This document shows, one piece after another, positions 29,527 to 38,495 of a stretch of DNA of 64,000 nt. Location: contig CAYHTW010000001.1 of assembly GCA_964360065.1 (NCBI GenBank), forward strand, positions 86,289 to 150,288. The letters are read 5' to 3'. The translations under genes were made by a program, and so were the position numbers. The notes beneath the pieces are model-generated. The model made no database searches, was not told where the DNA came from, and saw only the letters and a list, made by a program, of their open reading frames with translations. How positions within the stretch are numbered: position 1 is the first letter of the stretch; every line of letters starts with the position of its first letter. Origin of the DNA: an uncultured Candidatus Saccharibacteria bacterium. GTDB lineage: Bacteria > Patescibacteriota > Minisyncoccia > UBA6257 > Colwellbacteraceae.

Positions 29527-30072
29527 TTAAGAGTGAGAGCGATTATAGATCTTCTGAAGATATAGAAAACCGATAAGCAGAGCAAAGGCTGTCAGCGACA
29601 TCACGGGAATAGTTACATAACCGAATTCATTGATGTAATTTTTAAGACACAAAGAAATAGCTTCCGAGTTCGCATCACAGTCAAAGAGTGGTGTGCCGCC
29701 GTAGTAGATATAGTTGTGGTAAAAGGCAAAAGCTGCCCCAAGCCAAGCGAGTGGAATGGCATAATCAACGATTTTTCTATCCCCCTTCCACCAAGCTAAA
29801 CCTAGAAGCACTACTTGCGGATATATAAATATCCTTTGGAACCAGCAGAGATCGCAGGCGGCGTATCCTGCGTAATAAGAATAAAAAAGTGAAGTTACGG
29901 TCGCGCCGAGAGCAACAAAGAAAGCGAACTTGATTCCGTGCTTGCCGAAGAAATCTACGACTGCATCATTAGGCTGCTTGAGAAAAAAATAATAAATAAC
30001 TCCCGTAACAATGAAAACATCGCTAAGGACGATTAGAGAGGCGAAAAACTTATTAATTAGAATCAGAAACAT
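29527..30072 (-). CDS. dsbB: Disulfide bond formation protein B (DsbB/BdbC family)
   Basis: ACDLCWFQRIFIYP, several TM helices, second Cys pair. Confidence 0.88.
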   Translation of the reverse strand: MFLILINKFFASLIVLSDVFIVTGVIYYFFLKQPNDAVVDFFGKHGIKFAFFVALGATVTSLFYSYYAGYAACDLCWFQRIFIYPQVVLLGLAWWKGDRKIVDYAIPLAWLGAAFAFYHNYIYYGGTPLFDCDANSEAISLCLKNYINEFGYVTIPVMSLTAFALLIGFLYLQKIYNRSHS

Positions 30073-30461
30073 TAAGGTTGTTTAGGCATTTCGCATCCGG
30101 TCTTCTCGGCCAAGTATTGTGGCGTTTTCTCGCCCGTTTCTATGCTTCCATCGGGATAAACCCAAGTTGGGTAACTTTTAACTCCTTTTTCAACGCACAG
30201 AGCTACTTGGGAGTTGCCGTCTGGGGTAGAACATTCCACGTAGGGCAGTAGCTTAGCCGAAGAGCCGAAAGCCGCTTTTTGAGTCTGACAATGAGGACAC
30301 CAGAAGGCGCCATAAAAAATTGTTCCGCTGTCTTTAATACATTGGGCCAGAGGGTCTAACGGTCCCGGACCTCTCTCCCTATTTAATAGATAGATTGTGC
30401 TGCCGAGGATGACGAACCCTACCAAAGAAACTATTATTACTTGTCTAGTTTTTGATTCCAC
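30072..30461 (-). CDS. Membrane-anchored thioredoxin-like protein
   Basis: FYGAFWCPHC, YVEC, YPTW. Confidence 0.85.
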   Translation of the reverse strand: MESKTRQVIIVSLVGFVILGSTIYLLNRERGPGPLDPLAQCIKDSGTIFYGAFWCPHCQTQKAAFGSSAKLLPYVECSTPDGNSQVALCVEKGVKSYPTWVYPDGSIETGEKTPQYLAEKTGCEMPKQP

Positions 30462-30502
30462 AGAGATATATTACAAACCCGCCGCTTAAATTACAAACTC
30501 CA

Positions 30503-31066
30503 CTAAACCCTGTTTTTAACTTCGGCTAGCTGACCCAAACTTAAATAGCGGTAAGCGTATATAGCGAATTCCGCGCTCCCTACCAAGATGCCCACGTAGA
30601 AGAAATCCCCCAAAAGCGAGTTGCCGAAGAAAGGTAGAGCCATTATGTACGAGGTCATTAATCCCCCGAAGTTATGGGCATACATACCGGAGAAGGCCCA
30701 AACGGCAAAGTTAGTAGCGAGATAAAAGATAACTGAACCGGAAAAAGTTCCTACCGCAACCGTAAAAAAGTTTTTATTACGGCTAACCAGAACACCAATG
30801 AAGGCGTACATAAGGAAGCTGCCGTAAACCACAGCCATAACTTTAATGTCGTAGAAACCGATAAAATAGTCTGTGGCAAACATTGCTCCCAAAGGCAGCA
30901 GAAGTTGCCATTTCTTTTTGGCATATAATCCGGAGGTGATAGCGAGCGCCCCCATCGGGACAAAATTAGCAGGGTGTGGCAAAAGCCTGATGAGGCTCGC
31001 CATCACTGTAATCAATATTAAAACTAAATTAATATTCTTATTGTTCATTAGAGAATTTCCACTCAA
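30503..31066 (-). CDS. Putative ECF-type cobalamin uptake S-component
   Basis: RLLPHPANFVP.GA, several TM helices, ALPF; downstream of the B12 riboswitch. Confidence 0.7.
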   Translation of the reverse strand: MSGNSLMNNKNINLVLILITVMASLIRLLPHPANFVPMGALAITSGLYAKKKWQLLLPLGAMFATDYFIGFYDIKVMAVVYGSFLMYAFIGVLVSRNKNFFTVAVGTFSGSVIFYLATNFAVWAFSGMYAHNFGGLMTSYIMALPFFGNSLLGDFFYVGILVGSAEFAIYAYRYLSLGQLAEVKNRV

Positions 31067-31481
31067 TCACGTCACCTGATTTAATTTCATAAGAAGAAGC
31101 TCCCTCATTTGAATACTTGCCGTTTACAAAAAACTGCCAATATTTTCCGCCGGTACCATTTTTTGAGCTGCCGATAGACTCCACCAAAACCCCCATACCA
31201 GGGTATTCTTTAAATTTCATTTCTATCCCCTCCCTAGCAGTGGCAATTTTTAAAGCATCAAAAAGATTAGTCCCTGCAACAAAGTTTTCCTGCAAAGATT
31301 TCTGGCCGGAACTTAAGTTAAGAAGAAGGGTGAATGTATTGGATGAAGGAGTAGTGGTACCAATAACGGATGGGTTATTGGTACTGACTGGAGCGATAGT
31401 CGGGTTTTGGTAGTAGTAGCCGGCAAACGCCAAAAGACCGACCACGAGAACCGAGAGAATTGATATTATTTTTTTATTCAT
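31038..31481 (-). CDS. DUF4430 / transcobalamin-C-like binding protein
   Basis: N-terminal anchor; G.LVESI, YWQFFVNG, GA..Y....GD.IEW. Confidence 0.8.
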   Translation of the reverse strand: MNKKIISILSVLVVGLLAFAGYYYQNPTIAPVSTNNPSVIGTTTPSSNTFTLLLNLSSGQKSLQENFVAGTNLFDALKIATAREGIEMKFKEYPGMGVLVESIGSSKNGTGGKYWQFFVNGKYSNEGASSYEIKSGDVIEWKFSNEQ

Positions 31482-31559
31482 TTGTTTTTATTTATCTTGA
31501 CCTTTTGTACACTGTAGCTCGCCCGGTTACTCATCAAAGTGAGTAACGAATCAAATAGA

Positions 31560-31588
31560 CAAAAATACCCGCCTCGAGGCGGGATAAA
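31560..31588 (-). terminator. Terminator of the riboswitch expression platform
   Basis: CCCGCC-TCGA-GGCGGG followed by TATTTTT on the minus strand. Confidence 0.7.
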
Positions 31589-31644
31589 ATACAACTTTAA
31601 AATAAAGTGGCCCTTGCTCGAGGTCCCGCCAGTTGGCGGATAAA

Positions 31645-31866
31645 TTGATGCAGGGTTGGCCATCGGACTTACCATCTTACAAACCAGGAAACTTGTCCTG
31701 AGCTTGTCGAAGGAACACCGTAACGGCATTGTGTGGGATTCAAACCCATCGTTGGCAGCAAGGCAAAAAATGAAAATCTATTTTCATTTGAGCCACGCAA
31801 ACCAACGACATGAAGCTTTAGCTTCATACTTCCCCAACCGAGGTTCTATACAATCGGCTGCATTTA
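31645..31866 (-). promoter_or_regulatory. Cobalamin riboswitch with inserted hairpins
   Basis: P1 ATGCAG/CTGCAT, GGGGAAG, GGGTTTGAATCCCAC T-loop, B12-box-like AAGTCCGATGGCCAACC; upstream of DUF4430 + S-component genes. Confidence 0.75.
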
Positions 31867-32003
31867 TCTTTTTGAAGATCTGGAATCCGTCAACCGACGG
31901 AACAGAATACTGTCCTCAATTTAGTTTGAAAGGGCCTTGCCGGTCAAATGACCTGTGGATAGGCTACAATCAAAACAGAATCAAAAAGAGGGCACTTTTG
32001 GGG

Positions 32004-32369
32004 CTACCCTCTTTTGTTTACTATATCTCTCAATACTTCTGCGCCAATCATGGCTCCTACCAGATCTACTCCCAGATCATTTAATGCTTCGGCATGGCTG
32101 ACGTACAGATTCTCGTACCCGAGTATCATTTGGCCGATTTCCCAGCTTATTCCTATAAGCATTACAGGAAGAATGATATCTAAGTAAGATACTCGAAGTT
32201 TGTATGTCTTTAGGACAACATACGTTCCAAGCGCTAATCCCAAGCTCACAGTAAAGTGGGCCAGGATGTCGAAACCCGGAAGAATATGCCAAACGCCAAG
32301 GAGTTTACCGGCATAAGCAATGAAAGGCAGAAGGATACAAACTACAGCCAGCAAAGTTAATTTGCGCAT
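32004..32369 (-). CDS. VanZ-like small membrane protein
   Basis: D.LAHF, WEI.Q, D...D..GA. Confidence 0.6.
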   Translation of the reverse strand: MRKLTLLAVVCILLPFIAYAGKLLGVWHILPGFDILAHFTVSLGLALGTYVVLKTYKLRVSYLDIILPVMLIGISWEIGQMILGYENLYVSHAEALNDLGVDLVGAMIGAEVLRDIVNKRG

Positions 32370-32444
32370 AGTATTTATATGGTTAATTATTAATGAGCAG
32401 GCCTACACTACCAACTTTTAAGACTTGTGTCAATGAAAGAAAAT

Positions 32445-32720
32445 GAAAAAGAGGGCCCCATATGGCTAAGCCCTCTTTGCGCGGGTAAGTAATTTGTAAT
32501 GTACCAAGTGGTGAGTATTAGATGACGTCAGCGAGCTTTGAGTACTGGATACGCAATCCCTCAAAGGACCATTCTCCAGGAAGCTCAGGATACGCCGCAC
32601 AACTACCGAAGTAATTGAGCTATTCTCCTTATACCTTCAGTCACATGTAAGCGTCGAACTTACAATAACACCGCACCACTTGAGACACTATAAATCGTTA
32701 ATAAAAGAACAATTAACTAT
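32445..32720 (-). ncRNA. Candidate structured noncoding RNA of about 270 nt
   Basis: TTGACA-17-TATCAT promoter (32755-32727); closing stem CAAGTGGTG/CACCACTTG; C(TTCG)G hairpin; terminator AAAGAGGGC/GCCCTCTTT plus T-run. Confidence 0.6.
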
Positions 32721-32762
32721 ACTGGTATGATACCATATATTTGGCTATTTGTCAAGACCAGG

Positions 32763-33848
32763 CTAGTCAATGAAAGAAGTCTTAAGCTTCTTCTCTTTAG
32801 CGAACCTCTGGAGGGCCAGCTGTATTAATTTATCAATAAGCTCGGCATAACTTATGCCGCTAGCTTCCCAAAGCTTGGGATACATACTGATGGAGGTGAA
32901 GCCCGGGATGGTATTAATTTCGTTCGCATAAACTTCTCCGTTCTCTTTCAGGAATAAATCAACCCGTCCCATCCCCTCACAGCAAAGCGCCTTAAAAGTT
33001 TTAACGGCCAGTTCCTGGACGTGCTTAACGGTTTCAGGCGGGAGATCGGCGGGGATTTTTAGTTCCGCCCCGTTTTCATCCAAGTACTTAGCTTCATAAG
33101 AATAGAAATCATGAGACGTTATAATTTCACCAGGGATAGAGGCTGTCGGGTTATCGTTTCCCAAAACAGAACATTCTATTTCCCTGCCCTTAATAAATTC
33201 CTCCAGCAGTATCTTGGTGTCGTATTGAAAAGCCAAGGCAACCGCCTCATCAAACTCTTCTCTGCTTCTTACCTTACTGATGCCAACCGAAGAGCCGAGA
33301 TTGGCCGGCTTAATGAATAGGGGCAGCCCGAGCTCCCTAACGGCAGTATCAAAATCCGCTTTATCACCGTCCTTTAAGACTACGAACTTTGAGATCGGAA
33401 TCCCCGCATCACGCAGAAGGCGCTTCATAACATCTTTATCCATACCCACCGCCGAGCCCAGGACTCCCGCTCCCACGAAAGGAATATCGGCTAGCTTGAG
33501 GAGACCCTGAACGGTGCCGTCTTCGCCGAAAGGGCCGTGGAGGATCGGGAAAGCTACATCAATAGTTTGGCTAACCTCTTTATTATCCAATGGCGCAATT
33601 TCGCCGCCACTCTCCGGAGCCATAGAAACTACCTCACGCTTATCCTCGCTCTTTATAGACTCCCCGCTCTCCAGAGCTAACCTAGAAGAATCTCCCAGAA
33701 GCCATTGCCCTTTCTTACTAACACCTATTAGAACTGGCTCGTATTTATTTTTGTCCAGAGCCTGATAAACATTTTTAGCGGACCGCAAAGAGACTTCGTG
33801 TTCCGCCGATTTGCCTCCAAAAATTATGCCTACTCTGATTTTTTTCAT
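32763..33848 (-). CDS. ddl: D-alanine--D-alanine ligase
   Basis: GGKSAEHEVSL, HGPFGEDG, KPANLGSSVG, NEINTIPGFT. Confidence 0.97.
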   Translation of the reverse strand: MKKIRVGIIFGGKSAEHEVSLRSAKNVYQALDKNKYEPVLIGVSKKGQWLLGDSSRLALESGESIKSEDKREVVSMAPESGGEIAPLDNKEVSQTIDVAFPILHGPFGEDGTVQGLLKLADIPFVGAGVLGSAVGMDKDVMKRLLRDAGIPISKFVVLKDGDKADFDTAVRELGLPLFIKPANLGSSVGISKVRSREEFDEAVALAFQYDTKILLEEFIKGREIECSVLGNDNPTASIPGEIITSHDFYSYEAKYLDENGAELKIPADLPPETVKHVQELAVKTFKALCCEGMGRVDLFLKENGEVYANEINTIPGFTSISMYPKLWEASGISYAELIDKLIQLALQRFAKEKKLKTSFID

Positions 33849-33915
33849 GTGGGCTCGCAGTCTTTATACGATACAGCCGGAACCGATTTTCGGCAAAACC
33901 AGAAGCGTTCCAGAC

Positions 33916-34713
33916 CTAAAGGGTCCTGATAATTTCGGAGGGATTAGCGCCTTCGACTCTCTCTACAATCTTCTCCATAATTTCCACGGCTCGCAGTGGG
34001 TATTTACCTATAGCAGTTTCTTCGGATAGCATAACTGCATCCGAGCTCATCAGGATGGCATAGGCCACATCAGTTACCTCTGCGCGGGTTGGATTTTCGT
34101 TATCAACCATAGAATAAAGCATCTGCGTGGCTGTGATAACCGGTTTTCCCGCCTGCTTGCACTTACTAATGATATCTTTCTCTATGAAAGGAATATCTTC
34201 CAGAGGCACCGCCAGCCCCAAGTCGCCGCGCGCTATCATAACCGCATCGGCAACGACGAGTATGGTATCAAAATTACTGACTGCTTCGGCTCGTTCAATC
34301 TTAGCTATAACAGGAATGCCGGCTCCGCGTTTAGCAATCTCGGATTTAAGCAGAGTTACGTCTTCAGCCGAACCAATATAAGACTGGGCTACGTAATCAA
34401 CTTTTTGACTGATACCGAAATCCAAATCGGCCAAGTCTTTAGCCGTTACAACCACCGACTGACCGGCATCAAACCCGTGCCCGCTTCCGGTAGACATTCT
34501 TGGGCCGGACAAATCCTGAATGATAGGGATTCTCTTGCCGAATAAAACGGCAGCTTCTCTAATATTTTTAATATAATCGGCGTGAGACTTGTAATCCCCG
34601 TGAGAAAAATTAAGTCTCGCCACATCCATACCAGCAGCAATAAGTTTAAGAAGCATATCCTTATCCCCGCTCGCGGGGCCTATAGTAGCGACTATTTGAG
34701 AACGTGACAACAT
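33916..34713 (-). CDS. pyk: Pyruvate kinase, minimal (A domain only)
   Basis: IVATIGPAS, RLNFSHG, IAKIE, ARGDLG, TATQML, PTRAEVTD. Confidence 0.92.
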   Translation of the reverse strand: MLSRSQIVATIGPASGDKDMLLKLIAAGMDVARLNFSHGDYKSHADYIKNIREAAVLFGKRIPIIQDLSGPRMSTGSGHGFDAGQSVVVTAKDLADLDFGISQKVDYVAQSYIGSAEDVTLLKSEIAKRGAGIPVIAKIERAEAVSNFDTILVVADAVMIARGDLGLAVPLEDIPFIEKDIISKCKQAGKPVITATQMLYSMVDNENPTRAEVTDVAYAILMSSDAVMLSEETAIGKYPLRAVEIMEKIVERVEGANPSEIIRTL

Positions 34714-34715
34714 TT

Positions 34716-35930
34716 TTATTTAGTTATATCCAGTAGGCGTTTGTACTTGATAACTCGTTCGGGTCGCCGAAGGGCTCCCGCTTTAAGACCGAAACAACCG
34801 AAAGCATAAACCAAGTCTGCAATGAAACTATCTTCTGTCTCGCCACTTCGGTGGCTTACTATGCAATCCAGGCCATTATCCCTAGCCTCCTTCATAGTAG
34901 CAAGAGTTTCCGTCAGTGTACCTATTTGATTAGGTTTTATAATTATAGCGTCTATGGCGTTTTGAGCCACAGCTTCGGCCAACTTTTTACTATTAGTAAC
35001 AGTTAGGTCGTCGCCGACAATTTTCGCTTCCAATACACTTTTTAAATCGGCGAAATCCTTGAAAGAGCCTTCAAAGAAAGGATCTTCAATAGATAAGAAG
35101 TTGAACTCCTTATCCAAAGCGATAAATATATCTCTTAATTCTTTAGCTGAATAAGTTTTGCCTCCCACCAGATATGAGCCATTTTTATAAAAAGATGAGG
35201 CCGCCACATCCGTAGCCAATCGGACCAGGCCATCACATTTAGAAGCAACAACCGCCTGCCTTAGTAAATCAAATGGCTTTTTATAGTCATTCTCGGGAAT
35301 TATATATCCCCCTTCGTCTCCCATACTGGAGCCCGCGCTATCACCATATTCGTTGGTTATAATGATTCCTAAAGCGGTTTCTACATTCCAGGCAATCTCC
35401 AGAGCCTCGCCGATTGAATCTGCTTGAGGCACGATGATATGTTCCTGAAAAGAGAGTGGAGAAGCGGCATGTTTACCGCCGTTAATGTAATTAAAGTAAA
35501 GGTACGGAGTCTGGCGCGACGGCTTGATGTCGGAAAGCGTACGGAGATATTCAAATAATTCTCTGCCCTCGGCAGAAGCGGAGGCCTTAGCGGCGGCGAT
35601 GCTAACGCCAACCATAGCGTTGCCTCCCAATCTCGACTTATCGCCGGTTCCGTCCAGCGCTATCATAGTTTCATCTATCTTCTTTTGTTCCGTCACCTCT
35701 ACACCCAGAAGAGAGGGTTTGATGATTTTTTCTATATTCTCTATGGCACGACTCATGTGACCATCACTATCTCTCAACTCGCTGGCTTCGGCCGAACCAG
35801 TAGAAGCACCCGAAGGAACCTGAAATGTTCCGGTAGCAACTCCGGCATAAACCACTACTTCGAGAGTCGGCCGGCCACGTGAATCAAGTATTTCCCTGGA
35901 TTTTATATTAGTGATTTTACTCATGCTCAT
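34716..35930 (-). CDS. eno: Enolase
   Basis: EILDSRG.PT, VPSGASTG, GDEGG, KPNQIGT, SHRSGET. Confidence 0.96.
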   Translation of the reverse strand: MSMSKITNIKSREILDSRGRPTLEVVVYAGVATGTFQVPSGASTGSAEASELRDSDGHMSRAIENIEKIIKPSLLGVEVTEQKKIDETMIALDGTGDKSRLGGNAMVGVSIAAAKASASAEGRELFEYLRTLSDIKPSRQTPYLYFNYINGGKHAASPLSFQEHIIVPQADSIGEALEIAWNVETALGIIITNEYGDSAGSSMGDEGGYIIPENDYKKPFDLLRQAVVASKCDGLVRLATDVAASSFYKNGSYLVGGKTYSAKELRDIFIALDKEFNFLSIEDPFFEGSFKDFADLKSVLEAKIVGDDLTVTNSKKLAEAVAQNAIDAIIIKPNQIGTLTETLATMKEARDNGLDCIVSHRSGETEDSFIADLVYAFGCFGLKAGALRRPERVIKYKRLLDITK

Positions 35931-37182
35931 TTAATAAAATGTATAAATCCGAGACATTGGCGCCGGTAGGACCGGTAAAAATAAGGTCTCCAGTAGCCTC
36001 AAAAACTTCATACGCCCGGAAGTTTTCAAGATAACTCTCTAAATTAAGGTTTAACTCCCGAGATTTATCAATAGTTCTCTTGTCGGCTATGACACCGGCA
36101 GCGTCACTGTTATCTATACCATCAGAAGCTAAAGATAAAAGAACATGTCCCGGCTTAAGATATTTAAGCGCTTCCAGGGCCAGCATCTGACAACGACCGC
36201 CTGTGCCGCCATTTTTAGTGATTTTAAATCTTGTTTCTCCGCCGGCTAAAATAACCGTTCCGGGCTTAGCGAGAGTAATCAATCTTTCAATTAATTTCTT
36301 GGGCGGATCGTAGACGGCGTCACCCAATATTTTTACTTTGAAGCCAAAACTTTCTGCAACTTCGCTCATAGCCTTCAAAGCGGTAGCATTAGAAATCATT
36401 TTAACGTTGTGAACTTTATCAAAAATGCTCTTATTTTTTAGTGTCTCATTAAGCACATAACCTGTAAGGCCGTAACTGTCTAATATTTTTTGGGCGTCGG
36501 CAACAGTGCTAAAGTCGTAATAAGTCGGCCCAGAAGCAACTTCCTCAAAAGCTCCGCCAGGCACATCGCAGAAAATCAGGCCTATAACAGTAGCCGGATG
36601 CAAAATAGCCGCTAGCCCTCCGCCTTTAACTTGGGACATATGTTTTCTCACGATATTCATTTCCAAAATATTCATACCCACTCTTTCGGAATCTTTATAT
36701 AAATTCACTCCCTGTCGGCATTCTAAGAACGGCCAACATAAAAGAGCGGAACCTCCACCAGAGACTACAACAAGAACTAAGTCTTCCTCGGTACTCTCCT
36801 GCGCAAGTTTAACCAAACTATTACTCGCGGTTATATTTTTTTCCGATGGAAGAGGATGATCTCCCTGTTCCACTCTAACTATCTGACTGGCTTCTGGATG
36901 CGTATCAATGGCTATACCGCCGGAAATCCTGTCGCCTAAGATATCTTCTATAGCTTTAACGGCCTTAGAGGAAGCTTTTCCGAAACCGAGCAATTTAATA
37001 TTTTTATAAGAGGAGAGATTGTATTTTTTGCCATCCACAATCAATGAACCATTTTCATATTTAAGCCTGGAGCGCACAATGCTGTCGGTATTAATAGCTT
37101 CTAGAGCGGCCTCGGCAATGGAAAGTATTTTATAGCGAGAAGGAGTTGAATTTAGAGCGTTATAATTTTGAATCCACTTCAT
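35917..37182 (-). CDS. Glycerate 2-kinase (TtuD/MOFRL family)
   Basis: GFGKA, HPLP, SGGGSAL, VKGGGLA, ASGPT, GGET, SDGIDN, TGPTGANVSD. Confidence 0.9.
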   Translation of the reverse strand: MKWIQNYNALNSTPSRYKILSIAEAALEAINTDSIVRSRLKYENGSLIVDGKKYNLSSYKNIKLLGFGKASSKAVKAIEDILGDRISGGIAIDTHPEASQIVRVEQGDHPLPSEKNITASNSLVKLAQESTEEDLVLVVVSGGGSALLCWPFLECRQGVNLYKDSERVGMNILEMNIVRKHMSQVKGGGLAAILHPATVIGLIFCDVPGGAFEEVASGPTYYDFSTVADAQKILDSYGLTGYVLNETLKNKSIFDKVHNVKMISNATALKAMSEVAESFGFKVKILGDAVYDPPKKLIERLITLAKPGTVILAGGETRFKITKNGGTGGRCQMLALEALKYLKPGHVLLSLASDGIDNSDAAGVIADKRTIDKSRELNLNLESYLENFRAYEVFEATGDLIFTGPTGANVSDLYILLNEHE

Positions 37183-37184
37183 AA

Positions 37185-38180
37185 TTAGACAATGTTAGCA
37201 GGATTACCTTTCTGGAAGTCCAAAATATTCTTCGCGGTAATTGACAATATTTCCCCGTAGGCTTCCTTAGAAAAGAAAGCGATGTGCGGCGTTACTACCA
37301 CGTTGGGCATATCTATAAGAATATGGTCACGGATAACCGACTTTAAATCCTGGATAGATTCACCCCCCCTCACCAGAGCCATTTCATCTTTGAGCATTCT
37401 TTCTCCTTCCAATACATCCAGTCCCGCTCCGCCTATAGTACCATCTTTGAGAGCCTCCAAGAGCGCTGATGTATCTACCAGCTCGCCTCTCGCAGTATTA
37501 ATCAGAACAACGCCTCTTTTCATCTTGGATAATTCGTTCTTACCCAAGAAATAATGCGTTTCCTCCGAGTAAGGAAGATGCAGAGTCACGATGTCGGACT
37601 CGGAGAGTAGATTTTCCAGAGGGACGTAAGCTGAACTTTCCGATTCACAATTCTTACTGGGAAAGGCATCGAACATCAAGACTTTCATCCCAAACCCCTT
37701 GGCTATTCCAATAACGGAGCGACCTATGCTGCCCGTACCGATAACCCCCAGAGTCTTACCGAAAAGACTAAACCCCTCCAAAGCTTTTATCCTAAAATCC
37801 ACGTCTTCTTTTACCTGGTGAACGGCTTCAAATATTTTTCGTGAAACGGTGAGCATTAAAGCGAAGGTGAATTCCGCCACCGTATGGACTCCGTATTTGG
37901 GGACATTACTCACCACAATCCCCTTACTCCTAGCGTAATCTACATCAATATTATCCGTTCCGGTTGAACGCGCGGCGATAAGGTGAAGCTTGGGCAATAA
38001 ATCTATGTGTTCTTGGCGCATAGCCGACGATACAAAAACAGAAACAATATCCGCGTCTTTATGCTTATTAAGTTCCTCCTTAGAAAGAGGTTCGGTTACA
38101 AAAATGATTTCGTCTTCCGGAAGGGCCGGAATAAAGAAATCCTGGCATTCCTGATCGGCGTCAAAAAACAGAACCTTCAT
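37185..38180 (-). CDS. D-2-hydroxyacid dehydrogenase (D-lactate/glycerate dehydrogenase family)
   Basis: RSTGTDNID, GVIGTGSIG, INTARG, GLDVLEGE, TPHIAF. Confidence 0.92.
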   Translation of the reverse strand: MKVLFFDADQECQDFFIPALPEDEIIFVTEPLSKEELNKHKDADIVSVFVSSAMRQEHIDLLPKLHLIAARSTGTDNIDVDYARSKGIVVSNVPKYGVHTVAEFTFALMLTVSRKIFEAVHQVKEDVDFRIKALEGFSLFGKTLGVIGTGSIGRSVIGIAKGFGMKVLMFDAFPSKNCESESSAYVPLENLLSESDIVTLHLPYSEETHYFLGKNELSKMKRGVVLINTARGELVDTSALLEALKDGTIGGAGLDVLEGERMLKDEMALVRGGESIQDLKSVIRDHILIDMPNVVVTPHIAFFSKEAYGEILSITAKNILDFQKGNPANIV

Positions 38181-38227
38181 AATTTCATATTATAGGACTA
38201 TTTACGCTTATTGTAACAGATTCTGTC

Positions 38228-38360
38228 TGGTGAACCTAGGGAGAAACGAACAACTCGTCCGCTCTAGGCGGACTACATTTTAAAACCCATCGGTTTTAAT
38301 ATTTCCGCTACGGGAAAATTCCAGTTTTCCCGACCCCTTTCCCAGTTTGATTCTCCCACG
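38228..38360. repeat. Hairpin element ending in a copy of the tRNA-Ala 3' end
   Basis: 38228-38251 matches tRNA 38383-38406 at 22/24; IR GGGAGAAACGAAC/GTTTGATTCTCCC encloses three hairpins. Confidence 0.8.
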
Positions 38361-38382
38361 ATATTTTGAGAAAAATGGTGCT

Positions 38383-38456
38383 TGGTGGACCTAGGGAGAA
38401 TCGAACTCCCCCCTCCTCGTTGCAAACGAGGCGTTCTACCACTGAACTATAGGCCC
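38383..38456 (-). tRNA. tRNA-Ala(TGC)
   Basis: G3:U70, CCTCG-TTTGCAA-CGAGG, encoded CCA. Confidence 0.95.
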
Positions 38457-38495
38457 GGAGCGAACATTTATAACTCCCACTAGAGATTATGGGAA

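Noticed and set aside
31478-32084. ORFs of 83 aa (minus) and 142 aa (plus)
   Set aside because: They overlie the riboswitch and terminators and are better explained as non-coding.
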